Assembly (NCBI RefSeq): GCF_006345805.1
Contig: NC_043015.1
Location: 25,048,001 to 25,112,000, forward strand
Source of the DNA: Octopus sinensis
Taxonomy: Eukaryota
Direction of reading: 5' to 3'
DNA length: 64,000 nt
Under the pieces are notes generated by a model, which searched no databases, was not told where the DNA came from, and was given only the letters and a program-made list of their open reading frames with translations. The position numbers and the translations under genes were made by a program. Numbering within the stretch: the stretch's first letter is position 1; each line of letters starts with the position of its first letter. This document shows, piece after piece, positions 28,504 through 42,133 of the stretch.

Positions 28504-30656
28504 TATATTTTTTTGCCTGTAATGTTGATATGTCTAAGAATATATATAATAATATATCTATCCAGTATTATTCTCGGTCTGCTTTGAATTCCTACTGAGT
28601 CCCAGACACTTTGGCACTCACTTGATCATGGCTGAAGGACATATTAAGCTGCCTAAATGATGAATTTCATTTTACAGCATCTCATGAATAAGTACTTCAG
28701 ACAAATCTCCAAGAAAATGTCAGGCCGCAGTGGGATATACTTTCTTTAGCATTGGATGAAAAAAATAAAAATAATATAAAAAAAGAGGAAAAAACAGGGG
28801 AAAAAATATTCCAATTCTTGTTACATGCCAGTGTAGCAATACCACCCGTTATGTGTGTGTGTGCATGCGTACATGCATGCTTATATACTTACATATACAT
28901 ATGCATGCGAATTCATAAATGTGTATGTGTGTACAAATATATGTGCATGTGTATTTACATTGTTTCTACTTGTCTTGCAGGAACTGAGAAAAAATTGGAA
29001 GTATTTGTGATTGTTGAGTCAATAACCTCAATGACTCTAACAAAAGAAGACAAAAGAATCGGAATGCTTGAAACGCAATCTAACCCATTAATATTGTCCA
29101 TATCAGTCAAGTTATACAAGAGTACACCCTCTTTATCTCAGACTTAATACTCCCATGTCTTTCATTTTAGGAGTTCCAGTGTGTAGGAAATGAGAAGAGA
29201 TTTCAGCTGACTCAGTGTTATATGATAGAGAGAAGGTTCAACATTCAGGAGACATGAGAGTCCAGTCAATATAATCTACACTAGTCTTGTGTGCAACTAA
29301 TTTCACAGAGTGAGAGGGAGGGGTGGAATGCAAAAGACCCCTTTCTGAGATGTTGTCTATCTTATTGAAAATATAAAGAGACCTTGGGAAACATCATATC
29401 TAGCATAGGGACTAAGCAAAATTTTAGGGTGCTGGGTACAGCAGTCATTTTGATCAAATCTCAGTGTTTTGCTCCTACATTTTCTTATCAACTACACAAA
29501 AGATATAAACTACAGAGTCAACATCAGTGGGGATTGAACTCTGAATGTGAAGGCATGTAATCAAGATTTAATCTCTTCTACCACTCAACCAATTTTACCA
29601 TACCCCGTCATCATTTCAACATTCAATTTTCCGTGTTTGTACGGATCAGACAGAATTCATTAAGGCCAATTATCAACAACCAGATGCCCATCCTGACACC
29701 AACCCTCACCTGTAATATTTTTCCATAGCAAGACATTTTCTTGAAACCATGGGAATAAACAGCACCTCTTATACGATGGTGACAACTGTCTGCAAATATC
29801 ATATGATCTCAATACCAGGAGACACTAACACAACAAACGCCATCATCATCATCATATAACATGTTTTTCATGCTGGTAGGGGTTGGATGGTTTGGCAGGG
29901 GCACACACACACTCTCACACTCTCACACATACAACGAGCTTCTTCCTGTTTCCATATCAAAATCCAATCATAAGGCTTTGGTTGAGAGTAGAAAACTCCC
30001 AACCAAGATGCAATGAGGTGGAACTGAATCTGCAACCATGTGGTTGGGGAGTAAACTTCTTAACCACACAGCCATGACTGCACATGTAACAGCAAAAAAA
30101 AAAACTGATCATGGTGACACACAAACCTTTCCAAAAATTCCATTATATAAACGAGGAGAAGAGGAATAACGTTTGATGGTATTTGTAAATAGCTGATAGC
30201 TGATAGTATGAGGTTACAGTTATGCATCAGGGTTAGAGAAGCTGTATGTTATGAAAGAATAAAAAGCACGAAGTCTTTCTCTGGCAGACTGACACCTTAT
30301 TGACACAGGCAGCAATAAATCAAGTTTATATCATCTAATATCCTGACCTCACATTGATTTTCTTTTGCCCATGAACCAACTGGCTTGTTTTTCGTTTTTG
30401 TTTTCTTGATTAAACATAAGCTTTAGCAGGTGTTTACATGTTGTTTAAAGAAACGTTATTTACCTTCTACGGCCTCTGTGTATATACACTCTGTAACATT
30501 CTGATAACTGGAGGCCATTTACAGCTTCTAAATTTTCCCGCCACCCCATTTTAATTTAAAGTGTGTTTCTTTTCACTTTTTTTGCTTTGCTTTTAATTTC
30601 CATCCCCCTGTTTATCTGGAATGGAATATTCCTGATAGTTGAACACATTTAGTGTT

Positions 30657-30710
<54 letters not shown>

Positions 30711-31724
30711 TATATTTATATATATATGCATATATGTATGTATGAGTGGATAATATATGATATATATATTATTTATGATTTAATAATATAATATATAAAA
30801 TACGCATCATATATATTACATATTACAGTTTGCGTTTGTGTATGTATAGGCATATTATAGATATATGAGTGTTTATGCATGTGTGTGTGTGTATGCATAC
30901 ATATACATATGTATACAGAGAGATATAACATTTTGAAAACAAAATTATAATAAATGAATAAACAAATATACTAGACATAAAAAAAAATGTAAATTCCTGA
31001 GATTTGGTTTGTGACATGTTTAGTTTCATTTTCAATTAGACAACCACCACCACCATAACTATCCCAAGACATCGTCACCTTCTTCACCACCACTATCATC
31101 ACCCCACTACATCACCAAACACCACCAATCACCATGACACTACTACTATCACCATCATCATCATCCCCACACCCAACACCACCATTGTCCAAATGCCTCC
31201 ACAATGCCATCATCACTATACCATAGTCCCCCACCTTACCACAACACACCACCACTGATAGCATTTCTTTGAAAAAAGATGTGAAGATGAAGATAAAAAG
31301 GAGAAAAAATGCTTTCTTTCTAACCACTACCAGCACCACCACCATTGCCCCCCCCCCCGCCAGCAACAATTATTTTGATAACTGAAGTACCATATGAAAA
31401 CAAAAAAAAAAACATCCAAAACGAAACAAATCAAAACATGAAAAGAAGAATAAAAATGATTGGTGGATGAAGCATGATAACGAGCAATAAAACACTGTAT
31501 GAGAATTATTGTTAATATATTCATCTTTTTTATTTATTTACTTATTCGGTCCTTCCGATATGTTTTTCTGCCTCTTTAGAATTCCTTTTCTGACTTGCTT
31601 CTATGAATTGCATTAGACAGTTTTAATTTCTTTTTTTTTTTCTTTCTCGTTTTTCTCTATAGGTGCACAATTTTTACATCTCTGGATGAATCCGCAGAAA
31701 GACTTTTTAATTTTTTTAAAAATT

Positions 31725-32020
31725 ATTGTTATCATCATCATCATTATTATTATCATTATCATTATTATTACTACCACTACTACTACAATTATTATCAACA
31801 TTATTGTTACTATTATTATTATTGTTGTTGTTGTTGTTACTACTACTAACATTGCTATTTATTATCATCATCACTGTTATGATTTTTATCATTATTATAA
31901 TTAATCATTGCTATTATCATTGCTGCTGCTGCTGCTACTACTATTACTACTACTACTACTACTACTGCCGCTACTGCTGCTGCTGCTGCTGCTGTTTCTG
32001 CTGCCACTGCCACTATTATT
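31725..32020. repeat. Mosaic trinucleotide tract (ATC/ATT/ACT/GTT/CTG)
   Basis: Direct reading of the sequence. Confidence 0.9.
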
Positions 32021-33037
32021 GATGCCTTTCTATTTCTTCCTCTCTCTCCCTCCCAATATCAGAAACAACATCTAAGAAAGATTTTTAAATGCCTGGATAT
32101 TTCTTACAAAGATTGCAAAAAAAAGAAGAAAAAAAATGAAGATTAAAAAGAATAAGAAGAAGAATAATCCAGAATGGAGTTTGCTTCATGCCAGGATCTC
32201 ACAGGGGAAATCTTGATATCAATATCTTTAAACAATATATGTGTTGTTGGCACATTTCTTTGGCAAAACATAACATTTCAATAGGATTGCTAAAATGTTT
32301 CGCAATGTCACTAATTCACAGGAGAGAGAGAGAGAGAAAATTGTGGAAAGTGAGAGAATGAGATGTTTTGAAGGTTTTTTGTTTTTGTAATTTTTTCAAT
32401 ATTTTTTGGGCAGTTTGTTTTGATATACATTCGTTTTCTTCTTGAATTTCTACATGAAATGAAAATGAAATCATGGGTAAAATTATTTTGTATAGGCAAT
32501 AACCTCAGCATATTTTTGATATCATTAAAAAAGAGATAATATAAAAAATTTGATAGAAAAATTGAATTATTAGAAATAGAACAAGACAGAGAGAGAGAGA
32601 GAGCGAGGTAGAGAAAGTAAGACATAGATAGAGAGGGAAAGTTAGTGAAAGGCAAGATAGGGAGTGCAACAGCTGTAAGGAGATACAGAGAGAAAGAGAG
32701 TGAAATGCAAAGAGGTAAAGAGAGAGAAAGAGAGACAGTGAGTGAGATACAAGGAGGTAAAGAGAGAGGGGGAAATAGAAAGAACAACACATCCCAAAAC
32801 TGGAAATGTCTGTTGATATCTGTTTTCAGGTTAATGACAGACTGGTGCATCTCATTTATATAGGAATACTTTTTAATTTCTTAAATTTTTTCTTTACTTG
32901 CTGCAATCATTGCACTGTGGCCATGCTGGAGCATTGCCTTGATAGGTTTTAGTCATCCATATCAATATTTTAGTTGATCACAGAACACCACTTTCAAAGG
33001 GTGCCAATGCAATGGCAGTTGTTGAGACAGTTATCTG

Positions 33038-33070
<33 letters not shown>

Positions 33071-33169
33071 CACACATCTCTATGTGTGTGTGTGTGTTAT
33101 GTTGAGTCAAATGTTTTTTTTTTGGGGATGTTCCCAGATGATTTTTTTCATGACTTGTATCGTCATGAT

Positions 33170-33760
33170 AATGGATGGTGACAAAATTCCAATTAGAGCC
33201 ATTTTATGTTACCTGTGGAAAGAAGTTCTGTGAACAAGGCCAACAGCAAAAGAAATTAATAACATGAAAAGCCTAGAAACTTTGGCACAGAACTGGTTCA
33301 GATGCTTCAAGGAATGTGAGACCAGCCTTGAAGTTTTGGACACCTTGTGATGTGGAAGATGAGGTGTTGTTTGAAATGGTTGAACAACAGCCAAGCACAA
33401 GCACTCATTCCCTGTCAGCAGAACTCGGTCCTTCACAAAGCACCAACAACTGACACCTCCATAAACTTAACCTTGTGAACAGTCGTTTTCAAAAAGCTTT
33501 TCAAGAACTTGCCAATGGCCAGGTTCAACAATGTGAACTAGATTGAAAACAGGTGCAGTGAGTTTTTTTGTCTTTGATCCAGCCAAATGGTAGAAGTGTG
33601 GAATTGAGATTTTGGCAAAATGATGGCAACAGACAACAGAATATGATGGGAGATATTGTTTGGATGAATGAATGCGTTTTGTATGTAATTTGCTTGAACT
33701 ATTAATTAAAGCTAGATAATGCAAAAAGAACAGAAAAAAATTTAACTGAATCTGGTTTAT
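33170..33760 (+). mobile_element. Mariner transposase N-terminal (HTH) remnant
   Basis: IRAILCYLWK..AQNWFRCFKECETSLE..EDEVLFEMVEQQPSTSTHSLSAELGPSQST..HLHKLNLVN across frameshifts. Confidence 0.75.
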
Positions 33761-33969
33761 GTGTATATGGAAATATATTTGTATATATATTTATATATAT
33801 AGTTGAAATTTACAGAAAAGCAAAAGACAAAGACAGGTGTGTAAACAACAAACTAGTTTACTAGTTTAATGCTCAGGAAGGTGAGAAAGTCTTTTATGTT
33901 TTGAGCCTTTGCTCTTCAACAGAAAGGAGCATGAAGAAATATACAGAGAGAGAATAAAAAACTATTTAA

Positions 33970-34135
33970 GTGCAGGAATGGCTGTGTGGTAAGAAGCTTG
34001 CTTCCCAAGCACATGGTTCCGAGTTCAGTCCCACTGCATGGCATCTTGGGCAAGTGTTTTCCACTATGGCCTTGGGCCGACCAAAGCCTTGTGAGTGGAT
34101 TTGGTAGACAGAAACTGAAACAAGTAAAAGAATAA
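33970..34135 (+). mobile_element. tRNA-derived SINE (abundant family)
   Basis: TGGCTGTGTGGTAAG..GAGTTCAGTCCC head. Related copies at about 38701-38850, 41715-41880, 50905-51060 (+) and 6445-6610, 8130-8280, 14125-14270, 20495-20640, 28225-28380, 29935-30080, 58945-59100, 60825-60950 (-). Confidence 0.8.
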
Positions 34136-35018
34136 AAGAATACACACGCACACACGCACACTGACACATATACAAATACATATACATATTCGCATGCACA
34201 CACACACACACAAATGAATATCTTCACTCAGTTTCCCCTCAGCCAATTTTCTCACAAATTATTGGTCAGGATGAGACTAGAGTAGATGTCATTTGTCCAA
34301 TTTGTCCACAGTACAATGAAGCCTGAAAATGTTGTGAAATTCTAAACTACCCTGCCATGCTTAGACCAGTTCTAAGGAGAACAAGATAAATTTCATATTC
34401 AAAAAGAAGAGTCTTAGATATTCCACTTGCTGAGGTTCTTCTTTGGAGGAAGTGTGTTTAGCCCCAGGCTTGTCCTGATCCAGGAAACTTATTAATGTGA
34501 ATGCTCCAGCTACAACAACCATCTTTTCAATTTGTAATCTATCCATAACTACATCTCTCTGGGAGATTCTTCCTTTTTATTGAAATAGCTGGGTGTGTTT
34601 TGAGGAAGCTTTGGTTGCTATGTCATGCAAGTTGAATGCCTATAGAGGGACAAACCCAATGCCTCACATCTAAGCCAGATGAAAAATATTAATCTATAAA
34701 TCAATCAATGCCATCAAAGTTAACGAAGTCGTGAATAAAAATTAATTAAAGTTATTAAAGTTATATGATAAGATAAAAATTCATCAGTTCATCTTGGTTG
34801 TCATCATTTAGCACCCACACATCATGCTGGTTGGAGAGTTTGACAAAATCCGATGGGTCCAAGACCTGCTGTGTACTCCAGCATCTGCTTTAGCAATGGT
34901 TTTTACGGCTGGATGTAATATCAACCACTTTACAGAGTGTATTGGGTGCTTTTTTCCATAGCACCAGTACTACTGAGGTCACTATGCTGCTTTTAGTATA
35001 GGAAACTCCGAAGTGAAA

Positions 35019-36925
35019 AACAGAAAGGGAGACAGATAAGAAGCAGCAAGGGAGACAGATGAGAAGCAGGAAGGGAGACAGAAGAGAAGCAGAAAGGGGT
35101 GCAGATGAGAAGCAGGAAGGAGGATAGATGAGAAGCAGGAAGGGAGACAGATGAGAAGCAGAAAGGGGGATAGATGAGAAGCAGGAAGGAGGATAGATGA
35201 GAAGCAGGAAGGGAGACAGATGAGAAGCAGAAAGGGGGATAGATGAGAAGCAGAAAGGGGGATAGATGAGAAGCAAGAAGGGAGACAGATGAGAAGCAGA
35301 AAGGGGGATAGATTAGAAGCAGGAAGGGAGACACGTGAGAAGCAGAAAGGGGGATAGGTGAGAAGCAGGAAGAAAGACAGATGAGAAGCAGAAAGGGGGA
35401 TAGATTAGAAGCAGGAAGGGAGACAGATGAGAAACAGAAAGAGGTGCAGATGAGAAGCAGAAAGAGGGATAGATGAGAAGCAGGAAGGAGGATAGATGAG
35501 AAGCAGGAAGGGAGACAGATGAGAAGATGAAAGGGGTGCAGATGAGAAGCAGAAAGGGGGATAGGTGAGAAGCAGGAAGGGAGACAGATGAGAAGCAGAA
35601 AGAGGTGCAGATGAGAAGCAGAAAGGGGGATAGGTGAGAAGCAGGAAGGGAGACAGATGAGAAACAGAAAAGGGGATAGATTAGAAGCAGGAAGGGAGAC
35701 ACATGAGAAGCAGGAAGGGGGATAGGTGAGAAGCAGGAAGGGAGACACATGAGAAGCAGAAAGGGGGATAGGTGAGAAGCAGAAAGGGAGATAGATGAGA
35801 AGCAGGAAGGGAGACACATGAGAAGCAGAAAGGGGGATAGGTGAGAAGCAGAAAGGGAGACAGATGAGAAGCAGAAAGGGGGATAGGTGAGAAGCAGGAA
35901 GGGAGACAGATGAGAAGCAGAAAGGGGTACAGATGAGAAGCAGAAAGGGGGATAGGTGAGAAGCAGGAAGGGAGACAGATGAGAAACAGAAAGGGGGATA
36001 GATTAGAAGCAGGAAGGGAGACACATGAGAAGCAGGAAGGGGGATAGGTGAGAAGCAGGAAGGGAGACACATGAGAAGCAGAAAGGGGGATAGGTGAGAA
36101 GCAGGAAGGGAGACAAATGAGAAACAGGAAGGGGGATAGGTGAGAAGCAGGAAGGGAGGCACATGAGAAGCAGAAAGGGGGATAGGTGAGAAGCAGAAAG
36201 GGGGATAGATGAGAAGCAGGAAGGAGGATAGATGGGAAGCAGAAAGTGGGCAGATGAGAAGCAGAAAGGGGGATAGATGAGAAGCAGGAAGGGAGACAGA
36301 TGAGAAGCAGAAAGGGGTACAGATGAGAAGCAGAAAGGGGGATAGGTGAGAAGCAGGAGGGAGACAGACAGATGAGAAACAAAGATAGAAGGGGGATAGA
36401 TTAGAAGCAGGAAGGGAGACACATGAGAAGCAGGAAGGGGGATAGGTGAGAAGCAGGAAGGGAGGCACATGAGAAGCAGAAAGGGGGATAGGTGAGAAGC
36501 AGAAAGGGGGATAGATGAGAAGCAGGAAGGAGGATAGATGGGAAGCAGAAAGTGGGCAGATGAGAAGCAGAAAGGGGGATAGATGAGAAGCAGGAAGGGA
36601 GACAGATGAGAAGCAGGAAGGGTTGCAGATGAGAAGCAGAAAGGGGGATAGGTGAGAAGCAGGAAGGAGGATAGATGGGAAGCAGAAAGTGGGCAGATGA
36701 GAAGCAGAAAGGGGGATAGATGAGAAGCAGGAGAGAGGTGCAGATGAGAAGCAGAAAGGGGGATAGGTGAGAAGCAGGAAGGGGTGCAGATGAGAAGCAG
36801 AAAGGGGGATAGATGAGAAGCAGGAAGAAAGACAGATGAGAAGCAGGAAGGGGTGCAGATGAGAAGCAGAAAGGGGGATAGGTGAGAAGCAGGAAGGGGT
36901 GCAGATGAGAAGCAGAAAGGGGTGC
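35019..36925. repeat. 1.9-kb purine-strand minisatellite, 22-23 bp unit with variant repeats
   Basis: Units such as GATGAGAAGCAGGAAGGGAGACA and GGTGAGAAGCAGAAAGGGGGATA, roughly 80 copies. Confidence 0.97.
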
Positions 36926-37221
36926 TGTATGAAAGAATGATTCCAATGACTTAATATTTTAATCTGTACTTTACATGTAAATACACCACTTCTTGACATT
37001 CTTCAGTCTTGTTGGTCCTTTTCTGTGAAACACAACCTTGTCTGACATTAACAAATTAGTGGTAAGAGAATCATTATATTGCTGAAGGTACCAATATTTA
37101 TCATAAAATAATCTGATTGGTTTCATAGCTTAAATTCCTAGTTTGGGAAAACATCATAGGAGTAGTCCACTATCCAAAACCTGGACCAAGAATGAAACCT
37201 CTACAGGGTTTCTCAACCTTT

Positions 37222-37311
<90 letters not shown>

Positions 37312-37328
37312 CAGCAGTAGCAGCAGCA
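37222..37328. repeat. (TAG)n microsatellite grading into (CAG)n
   Basis: About 30 uninterrupted TAG units followed by CAG/TAG mix. Confidence 0.97.
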
Positions 37329-37394
37329 GTAAAATCTTTCAAATTTCCTTTAAAGCAAATGTGTTTTCTTGCCATGTGAGTTAGGATAGTCTAT

Positions 37395-37428
37395 AGCACT
37401 TACCTGGAATATAAAGTAAATAGAAAAT
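37395..37428 (-). other. Candidate recursive splice site (polypyrimidine-CAG|GTAAGT)
   Basis: Minus strand TTTTCTATTTACTTTATATTCCAG|GTAAGTG; junction between 37404 and 37403. Confidence 0.3.
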
Positions 37429-39878
37429 GGGTGCCTGGTGTTCGCAGAGTGACAGGTGATGTCGTTGAAAGAGAGACATGGAAAAATGGAGAGAGAAATA
37501 CTGGTACAAGTTGAATAACTAACGACTGGCAACATATTGTATGGCGAGATATATTCTGTCACATGACATTGTGCAAAATGTATGTTGTAGGACTGAAGGA
37601 GACGATAATGATGATGAAGAAGATGAAGAAAGAAAAGAGTTTATGATTTTGCTGATGCTGATGATGATGAGGAATATGGATGATGGAGGAAAATGTAAAT
37701 TCTGGTAGTGGTGGTGGTGACAACAACAACAAAAATCAAAATGATGACAGTGTTTTGATATTTTGTCAGAAGTTCCCAGCATTTTTATCAGTTTTGATGA
37801 ATTTAGTACTTAGAAGCCCTTCAGTTGTTAACCTCAACTGTTTGTTGTATTTCTAAAATCGTTTCTTACTATCTACCTATCTAGTTGAATTATAGGCATA
37901 AAACCTTCAGCTTAAGCTTGACAGCATGATCAATAAAAATTTCGAGTCCAAATCGAGTGTTTTATAGTTGCCATTAAAGCACCAGTACGTTGAAGGCATG
38001 GTGCAGAGAGATTAGCTTTTCCTTTCATCTATCATTTTCTCAGTGTATCTAAATACTATACTAAAGTTTTCCCCATTATGTCTGGTGCTTTTACAAACCT
38101 CATATGCAGAAACCCTATAATCAAAATGTATAGAAATCTTACACGAAGTTGACAAAATCAAAATGCAAGATGCCCTCCTCTGCACCAATACACAAATAAT
38201 GCAGTAAAAAGATGTATAAGCCTGTTTTAATTCTGAAAGAGTTGTAGGGGTCAGTGATTCACATTGCTTATTTCAGAGTATGAAATGGAAGAGAGCTTCA
38301 TATTTTGCTCAATGAGGGATGATAAAACAACAATGGAGCCTGTAGTTGGTGGTTCAAACTGCTGGAAACAGAAGCAGAATGTCCTTTCAATGACACACGA
38401 CTATTCCAAGAAATAATGTAACATGGGATGCTTTTCACCTGATTAACCCCTCCAGGATGTATTGGGAGTAAACAACAGAAATAACATCAGAGTAAACATT
38501 TCCTCAGGGTTTGTCTTTTCTTTTTTATTATTCTTGTACTAATAAACAGGTTTTATACGGAAGTGATATAATATATAATGAAATGATTTGAACTCATCAC
38601 CAATGAATATGAAGTCTAATACAATATCCATTCGCTCATCACCTCTAGGAACATACATCCTAACATTTTGGCATACTGTTGAAACAATTGTACGAAACGC
38701 AGAAGTGGCTGTGTGGTAAGTAGCTAGCTTACCAATAACATGGCGTTGGGTCCAGTCCCACTGCCTGGCAAGTGTTTTCTACAAGAGCCCTTGTGACCAA
38801 AGCCTTGTGAGTGAATTTGGTAGACAGAAACTGAAAAAAAGCCCTTACATAGATATGTAAGTGTTTGTGTTTAAAAATTTCCTGGCTTTTATGGAGAGGA
38901 CATGTCTGCAATTAGTATCCATTTTCTATACAATTTGATTGGCAGAGGATTATCATGTGATTCGACTTAGATAAGTTCTCTGCTATGTATGTGCATTGAT
39001 GTCATGAGACAACATTTGGAATTTTGGGAACTTCTTCATGGAAGATAGGTCTAGGCAAATAAGTTCCCAAATTCCAAGTCACCTCACTCTACTTTTATTC
39101 AAGAATACAATTCAAACAGGAATAAAGAAAATATATTTACACAAAAATACAAACCATGACTGAAACAACATCAACAAACCACACAAACACTAAGTGATGG
39201 ACAATGAAAAAGGTCTAACAAAATTTAATGACTACAAACATACAATTCCCCTCCACTCTACCACTCGACAGATTAAATTTAGAGAAGTTTCATTGCTTGG
39301 CACTGCCACCAGACACGTTCACTCAACCATGTCAGCTTTAACTTGCATGGAAAAAATATTGCCACTTGTCTTTAATAGACTTTGGTGGCAGGTATTGGTG
39401 GTGGTGGTGGCCTAATCATGTGACCATCCTCTGACAATCAAATAGTATCCTAAAAAGATACTGATTTGAGAAATATCCTCACCATATGTCTTATGTCAGC
39501 TCCATGCCAATTGGATAATCATCATTTAAAATCTGTCTTCAATGCTGGCATCGGTGAGATGATTTGGAAGGAACTGGCAAGCCAGAACACTGCACCAGGC
39601 CTTACTGTCTCTTTTGATTTGGTTTCTCTGGCTGGATGCCTTTCTTAATGCCAACAACTTTTACAAAGTGGACTGGGTGCATTTTATGTGGCACCAGCAC
39701 TGGTGAGGCCACCGAGATAACTTGTAACACAAAGATCCTTTGAAAGAAGGAATTTATGTTATGTCACATCTTGTGTATTACTTTCACTACGTTTTGACTG
39801 TTGCATGCTCCCACCTTCTTCTGTTGGTTGATGCAATGCAATCATCGAGATGTTCTGTGTATAGAAGGGGAATTGCAA

Positions 39879-39922
39879 GACACCCGAGGAAGGCTGGAAC
39901 ATGAAACAGCTGAAACATAGTG
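39879..39922 (+). ncRNA. Decayed paralog of the 49694 hammerhead family
   Basis: GACAC-CCGAGGA-A-GGCTG...CAGCT-GAAAC-ATA-GTG, followed by the same AACAACAA..CAAGATGAGGACA tail as at 49740-49760. Confidence 0.6.
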
Positions 39923-40840
39923 AAAACAACAACCAAGATGAGGACATCAGCCTTACTAAAATAACGAGCACACACACACGTTCAAATTATGTGTTACAAG
40001 CAGCACAACTATGTAAAAATAAACTTCATCAATGTCACATAATCTATGTCTGTAGCTGAAACACCAGGAGCTGCAGCATTTTTTTGTTTCCTTTGTCTGA
40101 GACGGATCCCCTTAAAAAACACATTATTGTTGAAAGTACTTCAAAGTACGTGATCATCTTATTTCGGTTTCTATCTAAGTTTGTTTGAGGAAAGGCATTT
40201 ATCCAAGATGTTACAGAGTGGGACAGAACCTACCACCACATGCTTGGGATGCAAACTTCTTAACTATGCTCACTGCAGGAATGTCTTCTATGATAGCTCT
40301 GTCTGTCTCATCAGAACTAACCTGGGGTTAAACAAGAACAACAACAAAAACAATTCTTTGCAACTTTACAATGTGATATAATTTGCAATCATTACATTAC
40401 ATCATCATTTTGTTATTATTGTTATTACATTTTCATATCAACAGAAATGGAATCAAACAACAACAACAAAAATGACTGAGATTTCAAGGAAAGGTGAAGC
40501 AAGACAAAACGATATTTTAGGCTTTTCCTTTTGTGAACATAAAATGTCTGAGACCCGAGGTGTGTAGATGACAATGCCAGATGTTTGGAAGAATAATTGA
40601 ATGTGAATTCCATCAAAGGAATCTGAGTAGCAAAAATTATGTCACACTGGAGGTGCTGCTATTTAAAAAGTCTATCAAGTCTGAGATTGATTACACACAC
40701 ACAGCACATGCATATATACATACATACATATATGTATATATATGGATATATGTATAAGTATGTATACATACATATACATACACATGTATACACTAATATA
40801 TATATGTATATACATATATAACTATTCACATATATACATG

Positions 40841-40888
<48 letters not shown>

Positions 40889-40950
40889 TGTATACACTTA
40901 TATATATATGTGTGTGTATATACATATGTAACTATTCACATATATACATG

Positions 40951-41020
<70 letters not shown>

Positions 41021-41958
41021 ACTAGATATATATATATAACTAGATATATGTATGTGTGTATATATATATGTATGCATATATGGATATACATATATATACA
41101 ATCATATATACATACATGTGTGTGAGTGTTTGTGTGTGAAGGCACGTGGCTTAGGGGTAAGGATATTCGGCTTATGATAGTAAGGTTGTGAGTTCATTTC
41201 CCAGCAATATGTTGTGTCCCTGAGCAAAGACTCTTTATTTCACATGATGCTCCAGTCCACTCAGCTGGCAAAAATGAGTTGTATGTATATATCATCATCA
41301 TCGTCATAATTTGACATCTGCCCTCCATGCTCGCAATATATATATACATAACTAAACAAAGATGTACATACATAAATACACTCTTATATAGATACATGTA
41401 AGACATATATACATACATGCACCTCTATACACACACACACACACACACATACACACATATACTCATGCAAATATGTATGTATGTATCTATGTATAACATT
41501 TAGAACAGGTAATACATTGCTCTGAGGCATACATTCATCATTCGGTGGCCATATAACTATCATTAGCTATCTTAACACCTATGAATTTTTTTTCCTATTT
41601 AGCATGCATTAAATGTGTATCATTTAAGGATGTTTTCAAAAGACTAATTAACTCCTATGTTTGTTTTGTTTATTTTTCATTCTTTTTTCTTTTCTACTTT
41701 TTATTTATGCAACAGGTGCAGGAGTAGCTGTGTGGGAAGTAGCTTGCTTTCCAACCACATGGTTCTGGGTTCAGTCCCATGGCATGGTACCTTGGGCAAG
41801 TATCTTCTATTATAGCCTTTGGCTGACCAAATCCTTGTGGGTAGATTTGGTAGACAAAAACAGAAAGAATCCTATCATATATTTATATATATATATATAT
41901 ATTTCGATGGGTGAATGAATTATCCTATGTTTACTGTTAACATGGAAAATTCAATGAA

Positions 41959-42041
41959 CCGTTCCTGATGAGAAGATTGCATCTTACACCGTTTATTCCT
42001 TTGGAATAAAACCATGTTGTCTTCGAAACATATGTCGAAAG
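41959..42041 (+). ncRNA. Type I hammerhead ribozyme, intact core
   Basis: CTGATGA at 41965-41971. Stem II GAAGA/TCTTC (41972-41976/42020-42024), extendable, with an internal TTTATTCC/GGAATAAA hairpin. GAAA at 42025-42028. Palindromic stem III ACATATGT. GTC triplet ending at 42036. Stem I is short (TTC/GAA plus one further pair). Confidence 0.85.
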
Positions 42042-42133
42042 TAAAGGAATTTTATTAACATCTTCATTCAATTCCATTTATTTATTTATTCATATATATA
42101 TATATATATATTTCTAGGGGTTTTTTCCCATCC

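Noticed and set aside
33970-34040. tRNA-like heads as tRNA genes
   Set aside because: No cloverleaf or acceptor stem; they continue into SINE bodies.
35019-36925. CRISPR-like regularly spaced repeats
   Set aside because: No unique spacers and a eukaryotic context; this is a simple minisatellite.
34993-36999. 668-aa minus-strand ORF and overlapping long ORFs
   Set aside because: Translation of a pyrimidine-strand minisatellite; several frames are open simultaneously, so openness carries no coding signal.
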